Assembly: GCA_032718475.1 (NCBI GenBank) | Contig: JAUCBJ010008707.1 | Coordinates: 1-43,608, forward strand | Direction of reading: 5' to 3' | Source: Nemertoderma westbladi | Lineage: Eukaryota > Animalia > Xenacoelomorpha | Length of the DNA: 43,608 nucleotides | Part shown: piece by piece, positions 1 through 12,105 of the stretch | Numbering within the stretch: position 1 is the stretch's first letter | Layout: the number at the start of each line of letters is the position of its first letter | The notes under the pieces: generated by a model | Told to the model about the DNA's origin: nothing | What the model saw: the letters and a program-made list of their open reading frames with translations, nothing else | The model's database searches: none | Position numbers and translations under genes: made by a program

Positions 1-81
1 AAACAATAATTTACCGGATTTACAGTTATAAAGTTAAAAATTATCAAAATAGACGGCTGTCGGCTTAATGTTTACACCCTA

Positions 82-1170
82 TTGTATGAAAGCATTGAAC
101 CAATAATTGACAATGATAGTGATACAGACGCCCAAATCGCTTATGACCCTAATGAGTTTTTACTTAAACAAGAAAACCTGACAATCAACCGCACTACTAT
201 TTTTAAAGATATGATCGAGTTTTTTAAGCACGAGGGAATTATAGATGTGCCCTTGACGGTAAAGTTCGTAGATGAGATTGGGGCTGACTATGAAGGAATC
301 TCGAGAGACGCTTATACTGGATTCTGGGAGGAGTTTTTTGACCAAGTGGCTGACGGTGAAAATTACAGAGTACCTGCACTTTGCCCAGAATTTCAGCAGG
401 AAGAATGGAAAAGTGTTGGTCGAATATTAGTTAAAGGCTTTAAAGATTGTGGCTTTTTCCCTTTAATGTTGGCACCAGCATTTGTAATTGCTACTATTCA
501 CGGTGAAGATGCTGTAACTAATGAAATACTTTTAGATTCATTCTGCTCATATCTGTCACCTTCTGATAATGATGTAATACAACAAGCCCTTAATTCCACA
601 TTAAATGATGATGAACAGGATGAATTATCCGATATTTTAGAACGTTTCGGATACCATTCAGTGATACCTAGTCAAGAAAACATGAAATCAGTAATTATTC
701 AGTCTGCACACAAGCAACTTATTCAACAGAGTAGTTACGCGTCTGAGATGATTTCTACTGTAGCTCGGAGCTTCTTTATCAATGAATTACCCCTTGTAGA
801 ATCTATAAATTCGCTATATGAATCAAAGAAAGCAACAATTCACTCAGTCCTAGGGCTATTTTCAACTACTATACCATCTACTGAATGTGAGAGCCGATGT
901 TTTAAATTTTTTCAACAATTTATACGGGCTCAGGATGGTAAAGGTTTAAGAGCCTTACTGAGATTTATGACCGGCTCCGACATTGTTAGTGTTAAAGTGA
1001 TTTCTATAGAATTCGTGAAATTAGATGGGGCTGCCAGGCGACCAATAGCGCGTACTTGTGGCCCCGTACTTGTGTTGCCAACGACATATCGATATTACCG
1101 CCAGTTGAGGCAGGAGTTTGAATGCATACTTAAAAACTCACAGGAAACTTTTAAGTTCAATATTATTTAG
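82..1170 (+). CDS. HECT-domain E3 ubiquitin ligase-like protein (G2E3-like), intronless, probably 5'-incomplete; likely transposon cargo
   Basis: HECT motifs: FVDEIGADYEGISRDAYTGFWEEF (F.GE.G.D.GG..RE type), LLRFMTGS, catalytic-loop-like RPIARTCGPVLVLP (HTC-type Cys) and Phe at position -4 of the C-terminus (..FNII*). The frame is open from position 10, the ORF-track start is TTG, and the true start is unresolved. Confidence 0.85.
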   Translation: MYESIEPIIDNDSDTDAQIAYDPNEFLLKQENLTINRTTIFKDMIEFFKHEGIIDVPLTVKFVDEIGADYEGISRDAYTGFWEEFFDQVADGENYRVPALCPEFQQEEWKSVGRILVKGFKDCGFFPLMLAPAFVIATIHGEDAVTNEILLDSFCSYLSPSDNDVIQQALNSTLNDDEQDELSDILERFGYHSVIPSQENMKSVIIQSAHKQLIQQSSYASEMISTVARSFFINELPLVESINSLYESKKATIHSVLGLFSTTIPSTECESRCFKFFQQFIRAQDGKGLRALLRFMTGSDIVSVKVISIEFVKLDGAARRPIARTCGPVLVLPTTYRYYRQLRQEFECILKNSQETFKFNII

Positions 1171-1244
1171 AATTTGTGATTTATGTACACCTACTGTATA
1201 TGTACGTAGGTATTTCCAGCAGTTTGTGGGTGTTTACAGTACCG

Positions 1245-1392
1245 GTAGTTTATAGAAGTTTACAGTAGTTTATAGATGTTTACAGTAGTTTATAGAAGTT
1301 TACAGTAGTTTATAGATGTTTACAGTAGTTTATAGAAGTTTACAGTAGTTTATAGATGTTTACAGTAGTTTATAGATGTTTACAGTAGTTTA
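1245..1392. repeat. 20-bp minisatellite (TACAGTAGTTTATAGA[A/T]GTT), about 7 copies
   Basis: Directly visible tandem units in the spacer between the two convergent ORFs. Confidence 0.95.
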
Positions 1393-1601
1393 TTCATGGT
1401 TGCAATGTTTGTTTTGTCTAGTAAAGATTAAAAAAGTCGTTATCCGTGAAACACTTACTTACCTTCTTTAATAAATTTGACTTGGAATATTAATTAAGAA
1501 CAATTATTACAATTAATAATTGTTAATTAATAACAATTAATAACAAAGGAGTAGCCCCCCCCCCCCCCTTAAAATTCCTATACATAGTAAAAATTCGAAA
1601 A

Positions 1602-2831
1602 TCATTCAAGACCCAAATCTTCCAATTGTTCTAGAATTACTGTGAAAGTTGTAATTGCAGATTCATATGATTGGGGTGCGGCTGGAACATTTCCCAAGAA
1701 TGCAAGTTCTAGGAGCTCAATAAAGTCGGGATTACAGTCGGGTGTTACATTACCAACGATTCTATGCGATATGAATTCCAGTTCCGAATGAGATATAGAT
1801 AATTCTACAGAACAGTCCTTTTTACCATATACTTCAGGACAAGCATAAAGCACATCGGGGATTCCTCCAATCCAATCAATCTTGCGGTTACGTCGCATTC
1901 TGTGTGTGTTCCATGTCTGCATAAAAAAGTTTAGCTGTGTTTGTATTAGTTCAAAAAAACAATATCTTGCTGTTTGAATGTGGATAGGATTGGTTGTATT
2001 ATAAAACCCACTATTAACCATACTTTGGAATAGGTCTATCAGAAACTGAACCACATTAGATCGCAAATCGCGCCAGAATCGCTCAATTCTAGTATTGTAT
2101 ACGGAACTTCCTGTTATTATAGAATTATTTCGCCTTGAATCGTTACAACTCGACCGCAGTTCTTTGTGGAGGCGTTTAATAATAACATTTTCGGTTCCGG
2201 CATCAACTCTAATTAAGTAAGGGAGCCGGCCGCATTCTTTAAGAAAATTAAAATAAGCACCAACAACAATTTTAGGATCGTTGTTACTCGGCAAGACATT
2301 TAACCAGAGTACTCTCCTTGAGAACCCGTCTATTGCCCCATGAATTGGAAAGCCGTAGGGCTTTAACTTATCATATCCATCAATATGAACCGTGTGATTA
2401 GAACCTTTAGAATGGTATCGCGTACGTCGATGAAGTGTTTTTCGTAAGCGAGATTTTACGCCTTCAGGATCTACATATTTCAAAATAAGTCTAACAGTTT
2501 CCTTAGAGACATTAATAAACGATCTGGACCATAATCTTTTACAAATTGATCGGTATCCACAATTTATACCACCGTACTCAAAAATTTCCACCAATATTCC
2601 GGATAATATTTCCTCAAACGAAGTATCGTAATCTCTACTGTGGAGATTCATATTGGCTTTATATCTTCGTACTGATCTTTCGGATAGAGCAATATTATGA
2701 ACCGAGTTTAACATAGAGGCTGTCTCCTTAGCGGTGAATTGGAAATAGAAATAGACAGTTATCAAATCATTTACAGAAAATCTGTTACAGCCTTCAGAAA
2801 ATGTAAAAGGAAGATAATTATTTTGAGACAT
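1602..2831 (-). CDS. DDE transposase/integrase of the IS3/IS481-like eukaryotic type (IS3EU-like), 409 aa from ATG 2831
   Basis: Catalytic triad in typical context: HIDGYDKLKPYGFPIHGAIDGFSRRVLWL (D1), IRVDAGTEN (D2), GSSVYNTRIERFWRDLR (E). N-terminal HTH-like region (LSERSVRR, GYRSI, DPEGV..R). The ORF is uninterrupted. Confidence 0.88.
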   Translation of the reverse strand: MSQNNYLPFTFSEGCNRFSVNDLITVYFYFQFTAKETASMLNSVHNIALSERSVRRYKANMNLHSRDYDTSFEEILSGILVEIFEYGGINCGYRSICKRLWSRSFINVSKETVRLILKYVDPEGVKSRLRKTLHRRTRYHSKGSNHTVHIDGYDKLKPYGFPIHGAIDGFSRRVLWLNVLPSNNDPKIVVGAYFNFLKECGRLPYLIRVDAGTENVIIKRLHKELRSSCNDSRRNNSIITGSSVYNTRIERFWRDLRSNVVQFLIDLFQSMVNSGFYNTTNPIHIQTARYCFFELIQTQLNFFMQTWNTHRMRRNRKIDWIGGIPDVLYACPEVYGKKDCSVELSISHSELEFISHRIVGNVTPDCNPDFIELLELAFLGNVPAAPQSYESAITTFTVILEQLEDLGLE

Positions 2832-4952
2832 TTTAAGTAATATTCTAATAATGAGACAATTCAAATGCAGAATATGTTCAACTCAAAACTGTAATCGGCC
2901 TGGCTACCACATCGAATCTTTTTTAAATTGCCCACATTAATATTAATTCACAGGTACTGTTTACCGATTCGATAAAAAAAGGTGATCAAGGATACTGCAG
3001 CTTCAGTCTGATTGGCTTATTTATAGAAACAAACTTGATTTGATGTTTGTTGGTAGAGAAACCACTCCAGCCAATTAGATTTGTTTCCCTGAGTTTTGTA
3101 AAGTCGTTCGAACGAGTTTGCAAAAGTCGGGTGAACAAAAAAAAAGACAAAAAAAAAAGCATTATTCATAAATCAAAGAAACTTATTTATTACATGTGAA
3201 AAAAGTTATCCGAATTAATATGCCCGGAGCCGGAACCAGTATAATGGGCCGGAGCTCCGGAGCCGGAGCTGTGTTGCATCCCTAATTAACACAATACTAT
3301 CCATAGACTACTATTTTATTGAACGTTAATATTCTATAATATTCTTTATTATTCTATAAAGTTATTCTACAGATACTAATTTCTGTGTTGTGTATATTGT
3401 TTAGGTATTTAGTATTTAGATTAAAATGCCCCATTATATTATGTAACATCAGTTGTTTTAAACGTGTTTGATAATTTATATATTTTATTCAATTATTACA
3501 AATAAATGGTTAGATATTCCGGTAGACGTCGATTTTTGCTCTCCTAACCCACTAAGTTAGATTAATGTTCTAACTGATATTGTTACACCCATTTGTGACA
3601 GAAACTCTTGTTTGTTACAAAATATTAAATGTTTTAAGTAATTAAGTAATTTTGTCTCTAGGTTAAGGAAATTAATTTATATTCGCGAAATATATTATGA
3701 CAATAATATTTAATGATTCGTTTTAAACTAATGCTGAAATCTTTGTTGATACATTTACCTATGAATGTTATGACTTTTGGGTCGAGCCACTACATCTGTT
3801 AGCTTTGGCATACACCTTAGTATTGTCCGTCCTTCCATTTCTACTTCCGTTGTTTGAACGTTCTAACCTTGCGCTTCCAAGGTTAAGCTGTTCTCCATAG
3901 AAACCGATTTTATTTTTTGGATATAGCAATAATAATTAATAATTATTATTATTATTTTATTTAATTCAACCAGGAAGGTAGAATTATCTAAAATGAAATA
4001 AAAGTGTAATTATAGGTAAGGAAAAATAATTAATTAAAGTAAATTACACAGTACTACAGTATTTCAGTAATACAGATTTTAAAAGTAGCCGAAGTGCTTA
4101 AATGGCGCAATTGTTATGTAATCTGTATTATTTTTGGACACGTAATGTAAAGGCTCTGGGACATATATTTTTTAACCTGTTACATAATAATATAATTTAA
4201 TAACAAAACATATTAATTTCACAGTTTTTAATGGTTGCGGTTCATAATTCTATTATTTTGGCTAATAATTTTATAATTTTTGTGGCCTCCACCAGCACGG
4301 TTGCCCATTCTCAGTCAATTCTGGCTCAGCCACGGAGAATGGAGGTGAGTTAGTTTTCATGCTGGGGTCCCTTTCTGGCACCCATCAAAATTATTTTTCG
4401 CGCGAAAATTGTCATAATTATGTCTCGCTAGAATAAATTTATTTGTAGTATACAGCGGTTTTTTTGGATTCTAATCGCGATTATAGAACTCAAATATAAC
4501 ATTCGAGAAAATTTCTGGTCATTTTGAATGTGTCCCCTGGGGCACGAAAAAAACAAGTAATGCAAATATGATATTAAAAAGTTTTACTAAATTAACCTGA
4601 TTTTATGTCCTTATTGGTTTTTCCGTGTAGTTGACAAAATTTGATATAATTCACGTATCGTAGGACGTAGAGTAATATTAATTTCAATACGTGTCACTAA
4701 AATTCGTGTCACTAAATTACGTGTCAATACGTGTCGCTAATTGGTGCTTTATAACCCCCCCCCCCCCCCCCCAGGGGGGGGGGGGGGGTAAATTAGCGCC
4801 AACGTCTCAAAACAAAAATGTATAATATAGTTGTTTATCCTACATTAAATGGAACTCCAATCAAATAATGTACCGCAATGAAGTAGCGAATGGCAACATA
4901 ACCTTGAGAGAATTATTGCTTGGCAACACGGAGGGGTAATCGTCAATACACC

Positions 4953-6148
4953 TGTAAAAGCTTTTGCGGAATTAGCCAGTTATTTTTCCCGCAAAGTACT
5001 CTGTAGGTGTTTTAACGGACATCAAAAGCCGTTTCCTTACTGTACCGGTGTTTTAGTGGACATAAAAAGCCATTTCTTCTGTATGTGTAATTTAGCGGAC
5101 ATAACTAGCAATTCTATGTCGCAATACGCTAAAATCCTCTTGAAGCAGTGTAGTTACTATGACGACAGCTAACAGCTGATCTGTACACGTGGAGCTTTTT
5201 CTTTGTTCTCTGTCGTTTCTTTGTTCGGTCGACCAATCAGAGCGTTTTTTGACTCTGTGTTGGAGGTTGTATACAGAAACTCATGAATTGAGTCAGTATG
5301 TGTATTTTGTCCACAGCCAGAAGACCGGCTTTGGAACCTCTGTGTTTTCAGGCTTTAGCAAAACATTAGTAGGCTTGATCATCGAAACGTATATCTGTTA
5401 TCATAACAATTCATACCAATTCATGCCTACCCATCTTACTCACCTAATCATATTGTCAACTACAAACACCGCATTTTTACTGCTATTTACTGTCGGTTAT
5501 TCATTATATCAGTTGATGGAATATTGTTATATTTGGATAATATCGATAAATTAATCATAAAACCCTCAATCTTCTTGATATACTGAAGGTAAGAGAGACA
5601 GGTTACATATAACGATTGCGACTTACATTAAAGTGGTTTTGAAGTGAATCTAATGCTATTTCATAGGCACTACATGTATCGGTCGTTGTTCTCTTTATAT
5701 GTGACTAAATTAGTGAAGGTCGGCAGATCGGTGTGCAGCATTGTGCAGTAGTGTGCATGATTGTGATTGATAACAAAGCATCTCCTAAAGAATGCGCCAT
5801 ATACGTGAATCCATAGCCATCCCGTTGTGTCTAGTGTAAGTCATAACTCTGTTTACATATTTAGAGCGCCACGTCCTAAAGGAACTGTTAATATTTCCCG
5901 AAAGTGAATAATATTTGTCAGAGATTATATATTACGATCAGTCGAATAATACAGTAGGCCTACACCGCAATAAGGTCAAACCTCCGAATCCAGTCTCCCG
6001 GGTATATCCAGCGGATGAATGGTCGCGCATAGACTGGCTTCGGCTAATGTAGTGTAACAAATACTCGTCATAGGCTAAAGTCGATTTATAATCTAGAAGA
6101 CATTTAAATTTGGCAGGTTAAACTGCTAAAGGTCTGAAAGCGCGAACA
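4953..6148 (+). mobile_element. Solo LTR of a relative of the BEL/Pao family, with 5-bp TSD ACACC
   Basis: Begins TGTAAAAGC and ends GCGAACA. ACACC lies at 4948-4952 and 6149-6153. It is colinear with the 3' LTR at 30846-32107 (shared blocks such as GAGCGCCACGTCCTAAAGGAACTGTTAATATTTCCCGAAAGTGAATAATATT and GGCAGGTTAAACTGCTAAAGGTCT). Confidence 0.93.
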
Positions 6149-7854
6149 ACACCGTTAATGCCAATCTAATTAACGGCCGACTTATTATCGGGTTGGTTGT
6201 ATTAATATTAGCATGTTTGTGGATTTGTTTATTTTTTGTAATTATTTTCAAATTTAATCAAAATTATCGTTCTTAACCGGTATTTTTACGTTGTATATTT
6301 TTATTTATAAAGTACGGCTCGACCTCGAATGTAAAAATTGAGTTACTTTATATAAATTTGCTAGTGTTAGACGTAGAATGAAATAAAATGTTTCTTCATT
6401 ATTAATTCGACGAACTATATTCTCTGAGTATACCGAAAGCTAGCCAACCTTGGTCACCATGGTTACCAATAGACCATACGTGGTATTACCATAGAAACGA
6501 GGCGCCACCATTGGCAATCCGAGAGAACACGACTGCAGGGGAAATGATGACAGATATATACCGACACTCTGGCAAAAATAATGTTCTAGAACTTTCGCAA
6601 AGACACGACGCTTCTACCTACAGAATACCGCCGGATTTCCTAAACAAATCGAGGCGAAAATGTAAAACTGGAAACCCTTTTTCTTTCCACGACAACCGAC
6701 ACCAGACGCGCGACTACGGGGTTTATTTCGACGAGAAGTTTGGGAAGTTTAAATCCTACGGAGATAAGCGGCAGCATCTGTCTGCGAACCACATCGAGTG
6801 GGTGAGTGACACAGCTGGGCGAGGTACCCGGCCCTACACGTCGGTTTACCGGAGGAGTTTCAACCGAGTCTCGTCTCGTCTCGTCCGGATACTACCGCGG
6901 GGATATCGCTTGATATCCCTCCTGTATTCCGGGCCTCCACCTCGGAATCATTCCGACCCCACTCCCGCTTCCCCCGTGTCTACCCGACCCCCGTAGTCAG
7001 GGCGACTGATCGCTCGGAATATATCCGAGTTGGTATGACAGCTCCTGATTCCGGTTCATTTAGGACTCCTCTTCGCTCCCTCACTTTGGCACAGGAACCG
7101 TTCCAGAAACCCAATAACTGGCGATATTCAAACAGAGGCGTTAAAATATAATAGGATTTATTTATATATTATTAGGTAATAAAGAATTTTAATTTACAAT
7201 TAATTTGTTTAATTATATCAGCTGATTTTGAAAAGTCCAAATTTTGCTCTCGGACCTCCTCCGACGTTCTCAAAATGTTTCTATAAAATATATTAGGTAA
7301 TATTAGGCAGACAACTGATACGGATGTTGAAATATTTAAGGCAACACTTAGGACTTAAGGTGCACCTTAGCTAAGGTTAATTTATATGCAACCGGCCCCT
7401 CCTGGTCTAACAGCAAGTTAAGTAAATAAAGTATTGTTATTGCAACTATAATTTATTAATATATTGTAAATATTAACCAAAAACCAATAACCCATAACCT
7501 GGTAACTGGTAACATATAGCAGAATAGCCAAGATTCAGTCTCTTCTAAAACTTATTGGGAATTCAAACTGCAAAATAAATAATAAAAACGTTAAAGTAAA
7601 TAATTTTATAGTAAAAAACGATATTTATTCCGGAACTCATTATTATTAATTATTATTATTAACTTTACACCCAAATATAATTTAATCAAATGAAGTATAT
7701 TTTATTATTTTCTATTATTTATTATTATATATTATTATTTTTTTACGTTATATTAATATTATTTATATATTATTTATAATTAAATGTAAAAGTTAGTTTC
7801 CAACGCAACTCTATTGAAATTATTTAGTATTTTTATATAAAACTTACAGTTTTA

Positions 7855-8544
7855 CTAAATCCAAATCTTCATTTCAACTCGAGAAACCGGATTATATCCA
7901 GTAAAATCATACCAATAAGGTCCTTTCCTATCCTCCTCACCATATTCTCCGTTCAAGTTACTGTACGCGCAGTCATTGTACCACCACGCCCCAGTACGTT
8001 CTACGGCGCAGTTGCGGTAGTCATATCCGTCATTATCGCGGTCCTTGGTAGTGAATGGATACCCGTTGTGATACTCCAATTCGTCACCAGCAGTACCATG
8101 GTAACCGGATACATGTAGGCGATAATTAGTTGCAGCTGATCCGACAGAGAAGTTGTTGTATTCCGCGTATTTGTGTTCGTTGTTGAAATGCACCACACGC
8201 TGGGTTTTATCATCCCACCCCCTTCCAGTGAACCACAAATCGACACTCAACTTCACCCCGCCTTCACTCAGCTTGTGGATCGTCTCCAACCCCAACCAAA
8301 AGTTGTTATTCGGGTCGCCAAATCCTTCAACATATTCATCCCAGTTTCGATAGAAGTCAACAGATCCATCAACTCTTTGTTGAATCTTTATCCCCTTTCC
8401 AAGCAAGAATTGGGTAATGAAACTAACATCGTTCTTTAGCTCATTGACTTGGTTAGTTAGGGTTGTATTTACATCCTTTACTTGGTCACTCAACCTTGAA
8501 ATATTTTCTTCCAACTCTGTATTCTGTTGTTCCAACTCTTTAAC
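7855..8544 (-). CDS. Last exon of a fibrinogen-related (ficolin/FReP/angiopoietin-like) protein: coiled coil plus fibrinogen C-terminal domain
   Basis: FReD motifs QQRVDGSVDFYRNWDEYVEGFG, FWLGLETIH, YRLHVSGYHGTAGD, FTTKDRDND, NCA...GAWWYNDCAYSNLNG. An acceptor TAACAG|GTT at 8547-8544 is in frame (VKELEQQ...). Confidence 0.92.
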   Translation of the reverse strand, partial: VKELEQQNTELEENISRLSDQVKDVNTTLTNQVNELKNDVSFITQFLLGKGIKIQQRVDGSVDFYRNWDEYVEGFGDPNNNFWLGLETIHKLSEGGVKLSVDLWFTGRGWDDKTQRVVHFNNEHKYAEYNNFSVGSAATNYRLHVSGYHGTAGDELEYHNGYPFTTKDRDNDGYDYRNCAVERTGAWWYNDCAYSNLNGEYGEEDRKGPYWYDFTGYNPVSRVEMKIWI

Positions 8545-9103
8545 CTGTTAATTATTAATTGAAATTGTTTAACACTAAATACATTAAATTCTGTAAATCC
8601 TCTGCCCACATCTGATCAGTGGTTGGGTTGGATTTCTCTAGGGAAATCATTAAACGCCGGCATTTCGACCCAACATTTAGAGCAATTAAATACTAACTAT
8701 ATTACGTCGTTGCTCATAAAATAGCACATTATAGCGTTACGGCACGAGTGATTTTGTTTAGTGAAATAATAGAACGAGGGCCGTAAAAGATTTAATGTGG
8801 ATAATTATGAACAATGGCGAATCTAATTTTATTTATTTGTGGGGAATTATTTGTAGTTTTGCACTTAAACTTTCTAGAACAACCTAATAATGACGCGGTG
8901 ACATACTGGATATACTGAAATACATAGTAAATATATGGCGTTGGGACATACTGAGAAATAATGTCGCACTGCGATATAAAGTTAGGAAATATGTCGTCCT
9001 GGCGATTTGGTAGTGCGAAATTAATTCCATACAAATAAATAAAAACATAATAATAAAACAGAAGGACTTCAACACGGCAAATAATTATGTTACAAATGAT
9101 TAC

Positions 9104-9245
9104 TGGTTAAGAAACTAACATCGGTCTTTAGCTCATTATTTACATCGACTTGGTTAGTTAGGTTTGTAAGTATATCTTTTACTTGGTCACTCAACCCATT
9201 AATATTTTCTTTCAACTCTGTATTCTGTTCTTCCGACTCTGTAAC
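9104..9245 (-). CDS. Duplicated coiled-coil exon (or exon remnant) of the fibrinogen-related gene
   Basis: Acceptor TAACAG|GTT, then VTESEEQNTELKENINGLSDQVKDILTNLTNQVDVNNELKTDVSFLT, clearly paralogous to 8544-8410. The donor position is ambiguous. Confidence 0.6.
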
Positions 9246-9304
9246 CTGTTAGGAAATATTTTTATAACTTTTATGAAATCAAGAATTCAATTTTATGAAT
9301 AGAG

Positions 9305-9900
9305 TTGGGAACCATCCCCATCCTTACTGGCATTAAAGATGCGATAAAAGATACCACGAACTACACCGCATTTGTGAGATTCAGGGGCACACGCGGTGGC
9401 AATGAGAACGAGCCCAGTATCTCTAGGCTTGCGGTCCCACGCTGTTGAAAGAGCTTAGTCAAACCGAGTGACAACCAAATCAAGAAAGGACAAGCGCCCC
9501 CCCTCCTCCATCTCAAGGGTAAACCTAAGATTGGGATGGAGGGCATTGACCTCTCTCAACTTCTCAGTGGGGTCGTTACTGCCAACTCTAAATACGCCAT
9601 CGACGTACCTATCACTGAGCTTGGTGCCCGCAGCGATCCTCTCGTCGATCTGTGACAGAAAGATGTTGGCGAGTGCCCAATGGAGAGCCCATAGCGACAC
9701 CATCTTTCTGACAAACGTAGTTGCCATGGTGATCTAGGAATACGACATCCTTGGTGGCCAACAGCATAAGACCAATAAATTGGTCCTTGCTGATTAGCTG
9801 GCTGTCCGGATGCCGCTCATACAGTAGATCAGCAGCAAGCTGCACCGCCTCCCTCAGTGGGACATTAGTGAATAAACTCACAACGTCCAGGGAGGAACTC
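9305..9900 (-). pseudogene. Penelope-like retroelement reverse transcriptase fragment (frameshifted)
   Basis: SLDVVSLFTNVP, GVAMGSPL, LANIF, RYVDG (YVDD decayed), NALHPNLRFTLE, LSFLDL, and a thumb-like WDRKPRDTG...P..HK.G segment. Confidence 0.88.
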
Positions 9901-9944
9901 TTGTGGTGTATGTGAGTATGACATAGTATTTTAGTGAGTATGAC

Positions 9945-11600
9945 ATAGTGTTTGTGTTTGAAACTAAGACTTCAAAGAAACTGTTTCTACCGGGGTTCAA
10001 ATGTGTCTCGAACTTAGCATCGAACTCTAAGCGGGGAGGAGAAGCTCTCTTCGTGAAAAATGGATTAGAGAATGATATCACTTGGTTAGAATACTCAAAC
10101 GAGGAGTTCATACTTTTAAAACTCGGATGTCTTCCAAACTGCGTGCTTGGTGGGGTATACATACTCCCAATCCATCGCCATATTTTGATGTAAAATACTT
10201 TGCACACCTGCAGGCGAAGTTATTAGAATCTGACAACATCGTCTTATGCAGAGATCTGAACTCTAGAGTGGGAGATTTGTCTAGCCTCAATGTTGGAAAA
10301 ACTTTATTGGAACTGGAAGGAAACTATGGTTAACGAATTTAACAAAAGTGTATCTGAGTGTGTGAAGTCTAGGAAGACAAATAAAATTATCCATTGTAAT
10401 ACTAGCCAGTTCTCACGGTGGGAGAGTTTATTATCTGAAAATGACGCAAAAAAGATTTGGACTGCAATAAAATGGAAGGGCCAAATTAATATGGATGCAC
10501 TGGCAGACACACGACAACGACCTTCAGATATCCAATTTAAAAGCCATTTCGAGGAGTTATTGAATACGGAACCCGAGCACTTGCTAGATCCAAACTGCCA
10601 CCTGGATTCCGCGCCATATATACCCAACCCAGTCTGGATGATGACTTCACCGAAGCCGAATTAGCAGAAACACTAGCAGATGTCAATATAAATAAGTCTT
10701 TCGTTGCTTCCAGTATGGTCTGATCGGAAAATTGCCTGGAACTTGGTTGTTATTCTTGCTGGCAATTTTAAATTTAGTTTGTCGAAATAATTTACGGTAC
10801 CCAACAAATTGGTGTTGTAGCAAACTAATTGCGCTATTTAAGTCTGGGTGCTGTATGTCTACATATAATTACCGGGGTATTAGTATTCTAGAATCTCTTG
10901 GAAAGTTATATGACCACTTGATTAATACACGTTTAAAACAATGGTTTAATGTTGATAGTTGACAAGCAGGTGGTAAATAGAATAGGCGTTGTAGTGAGCA
11001 AATAGTCACGCTAAGGCTTTTGATTGATTTAGCAGTTAGGAAACGATTTTAACTTTTCATTATTTTTATTGATTTCCGTAAAGCATACGATCTAGAACCT
11101 AGAATGAAATATTAGAATGTTTACGAAATCAGGTTGCGGTGGAAAAATGATTTATGCTGTTAAAGCTATGCATAATTGTACGAAAAATATTTTAGGGGAT
11201 GCTATAATTATCTCTATGGTGGGGGTTAGACAAGGAGCCCCGACAAGTGTAACTTTCTTTTGCTTATATTTAAACTTTCTTGTACTGAAAATAAAATCAG
11301 CTTTTGCAACTGATGGGTATTTAGGTGTGCTACAAGTTCTCCTGTTAATGGATGACTCAGTGGTACTTTCGACTACGCTCGAAGCATGTGTGGAAAAGTT
11401 TTTAATAGTAGACCAGTACTGTAGATAATTTGAATGGTTATCAATAAAAAAAAGACGAAATTTTTCGTTATCAGTGGTAACGAAGGTGATCGAAAACCGA
11501 TTTCAGCGAGGGAAACTACTATTTTACATTGTACTGAATATATTTATCTCGGTGCACCTTTTAGTGAGGACGGGAACATGAAAACGGTCTTAGTGAAGGT
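9945..11600 (+). pseudogene. Degenerate non-LTR retrotransposon (LINE) ORF2 remnant: APE endonuclease plus RT
   Basis: APE-like RGG..LFVK, GVYI.P..SPY and DLNSRVG motifs. RT motifs NYRGISIL...GKLY, FIDFRKAYD, GVRQGAPTS and LLMDDSV. Many stops and frameshifts; clade not determined. Confidence 0.88.
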
Positions 11601-11838
11601 CTGAGGTCTGGTCAACGGTCTGGGTGAAACCCATAACTGTGTCTTAAGTTACTACAAAATTCAATTACAATCAACATTAATGATTTTTCTATTGAATCAG
11701 TGAAGATTCGTGTAATAAATAAATCTCAAACACGAACAAAATTTGAGATTTACAAAACAATAATAAATCCGGATCTTACGATTATTTCGGAAAGAAACTG
11801 ATAGAAATAATCATATATATATATAACCAGATATAATT

Positions 11839-12105
11839 GCGCCTCAGGTTTCCATGGGCAACCCTCCCACGCCTCCGGTTTCCACGGACCATCCTCCCGC
11901 GCCTCCGGTTTCCACGGACAACCCTCCCGCGCCTCTGGTTTCCATGGGCAATCTTCCCGCGCCTCCGGTTTCCACGGAGAACCCTCCCGCGCCTCTGGTT
12001 TCCATGGGCAACGCACACGTGCTTCCGGTTTCCACGGGCAACCGTCCAGCGCCTCCGGTATCCACGGGCAACCGTCCAGCGCCTCCGGTATCCACGGGCA
12101 ACCCT
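11839..12105. repeat. GC-rich 30-bp minisatellite (GCGCCTCCGGTTTCCACGGGCAACCCTCCC), about 9 copies
   Basis: Direct tandem units. They explain the several low-complexity ORFs in the track. Confidence 0.95.

Larger units (their letters stand above)
1..3170. mobile_element. Two-gene DNA transposon (IS3EU-like): HECT gene plus transposase, convergent; termini not resolved
   Basis: Two intronless ORFs tail-to-tail about 430 bp apart, with AATAAA on + near 1470 and on - near 1388-1393. The left end is outside the window and the right end is approximate. Confidence 0.6.

Noticed and set aside
3220-3284. Possible hAT-like MITE end (...GTGTTGCATCCCTA), plus a Harbinger-like end near 7345-7398
   Set aside because: Only one terminus was seen for each, with no partner TIR or TSD.
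4755-4789. C-run/G-run perfect hairpin
   Set aside because: It consists of homopolymers of unreliable length, probably within a MITE end; no function can be supported.
5189-5554. 121-aa ORF, and also the duplicated small ORFs at 17045-17308 and 31847-32047
   Set aside because: They lie inside LTR sequence, have no protein motifs and are not preserved as ORFs between LTR subfamilies.
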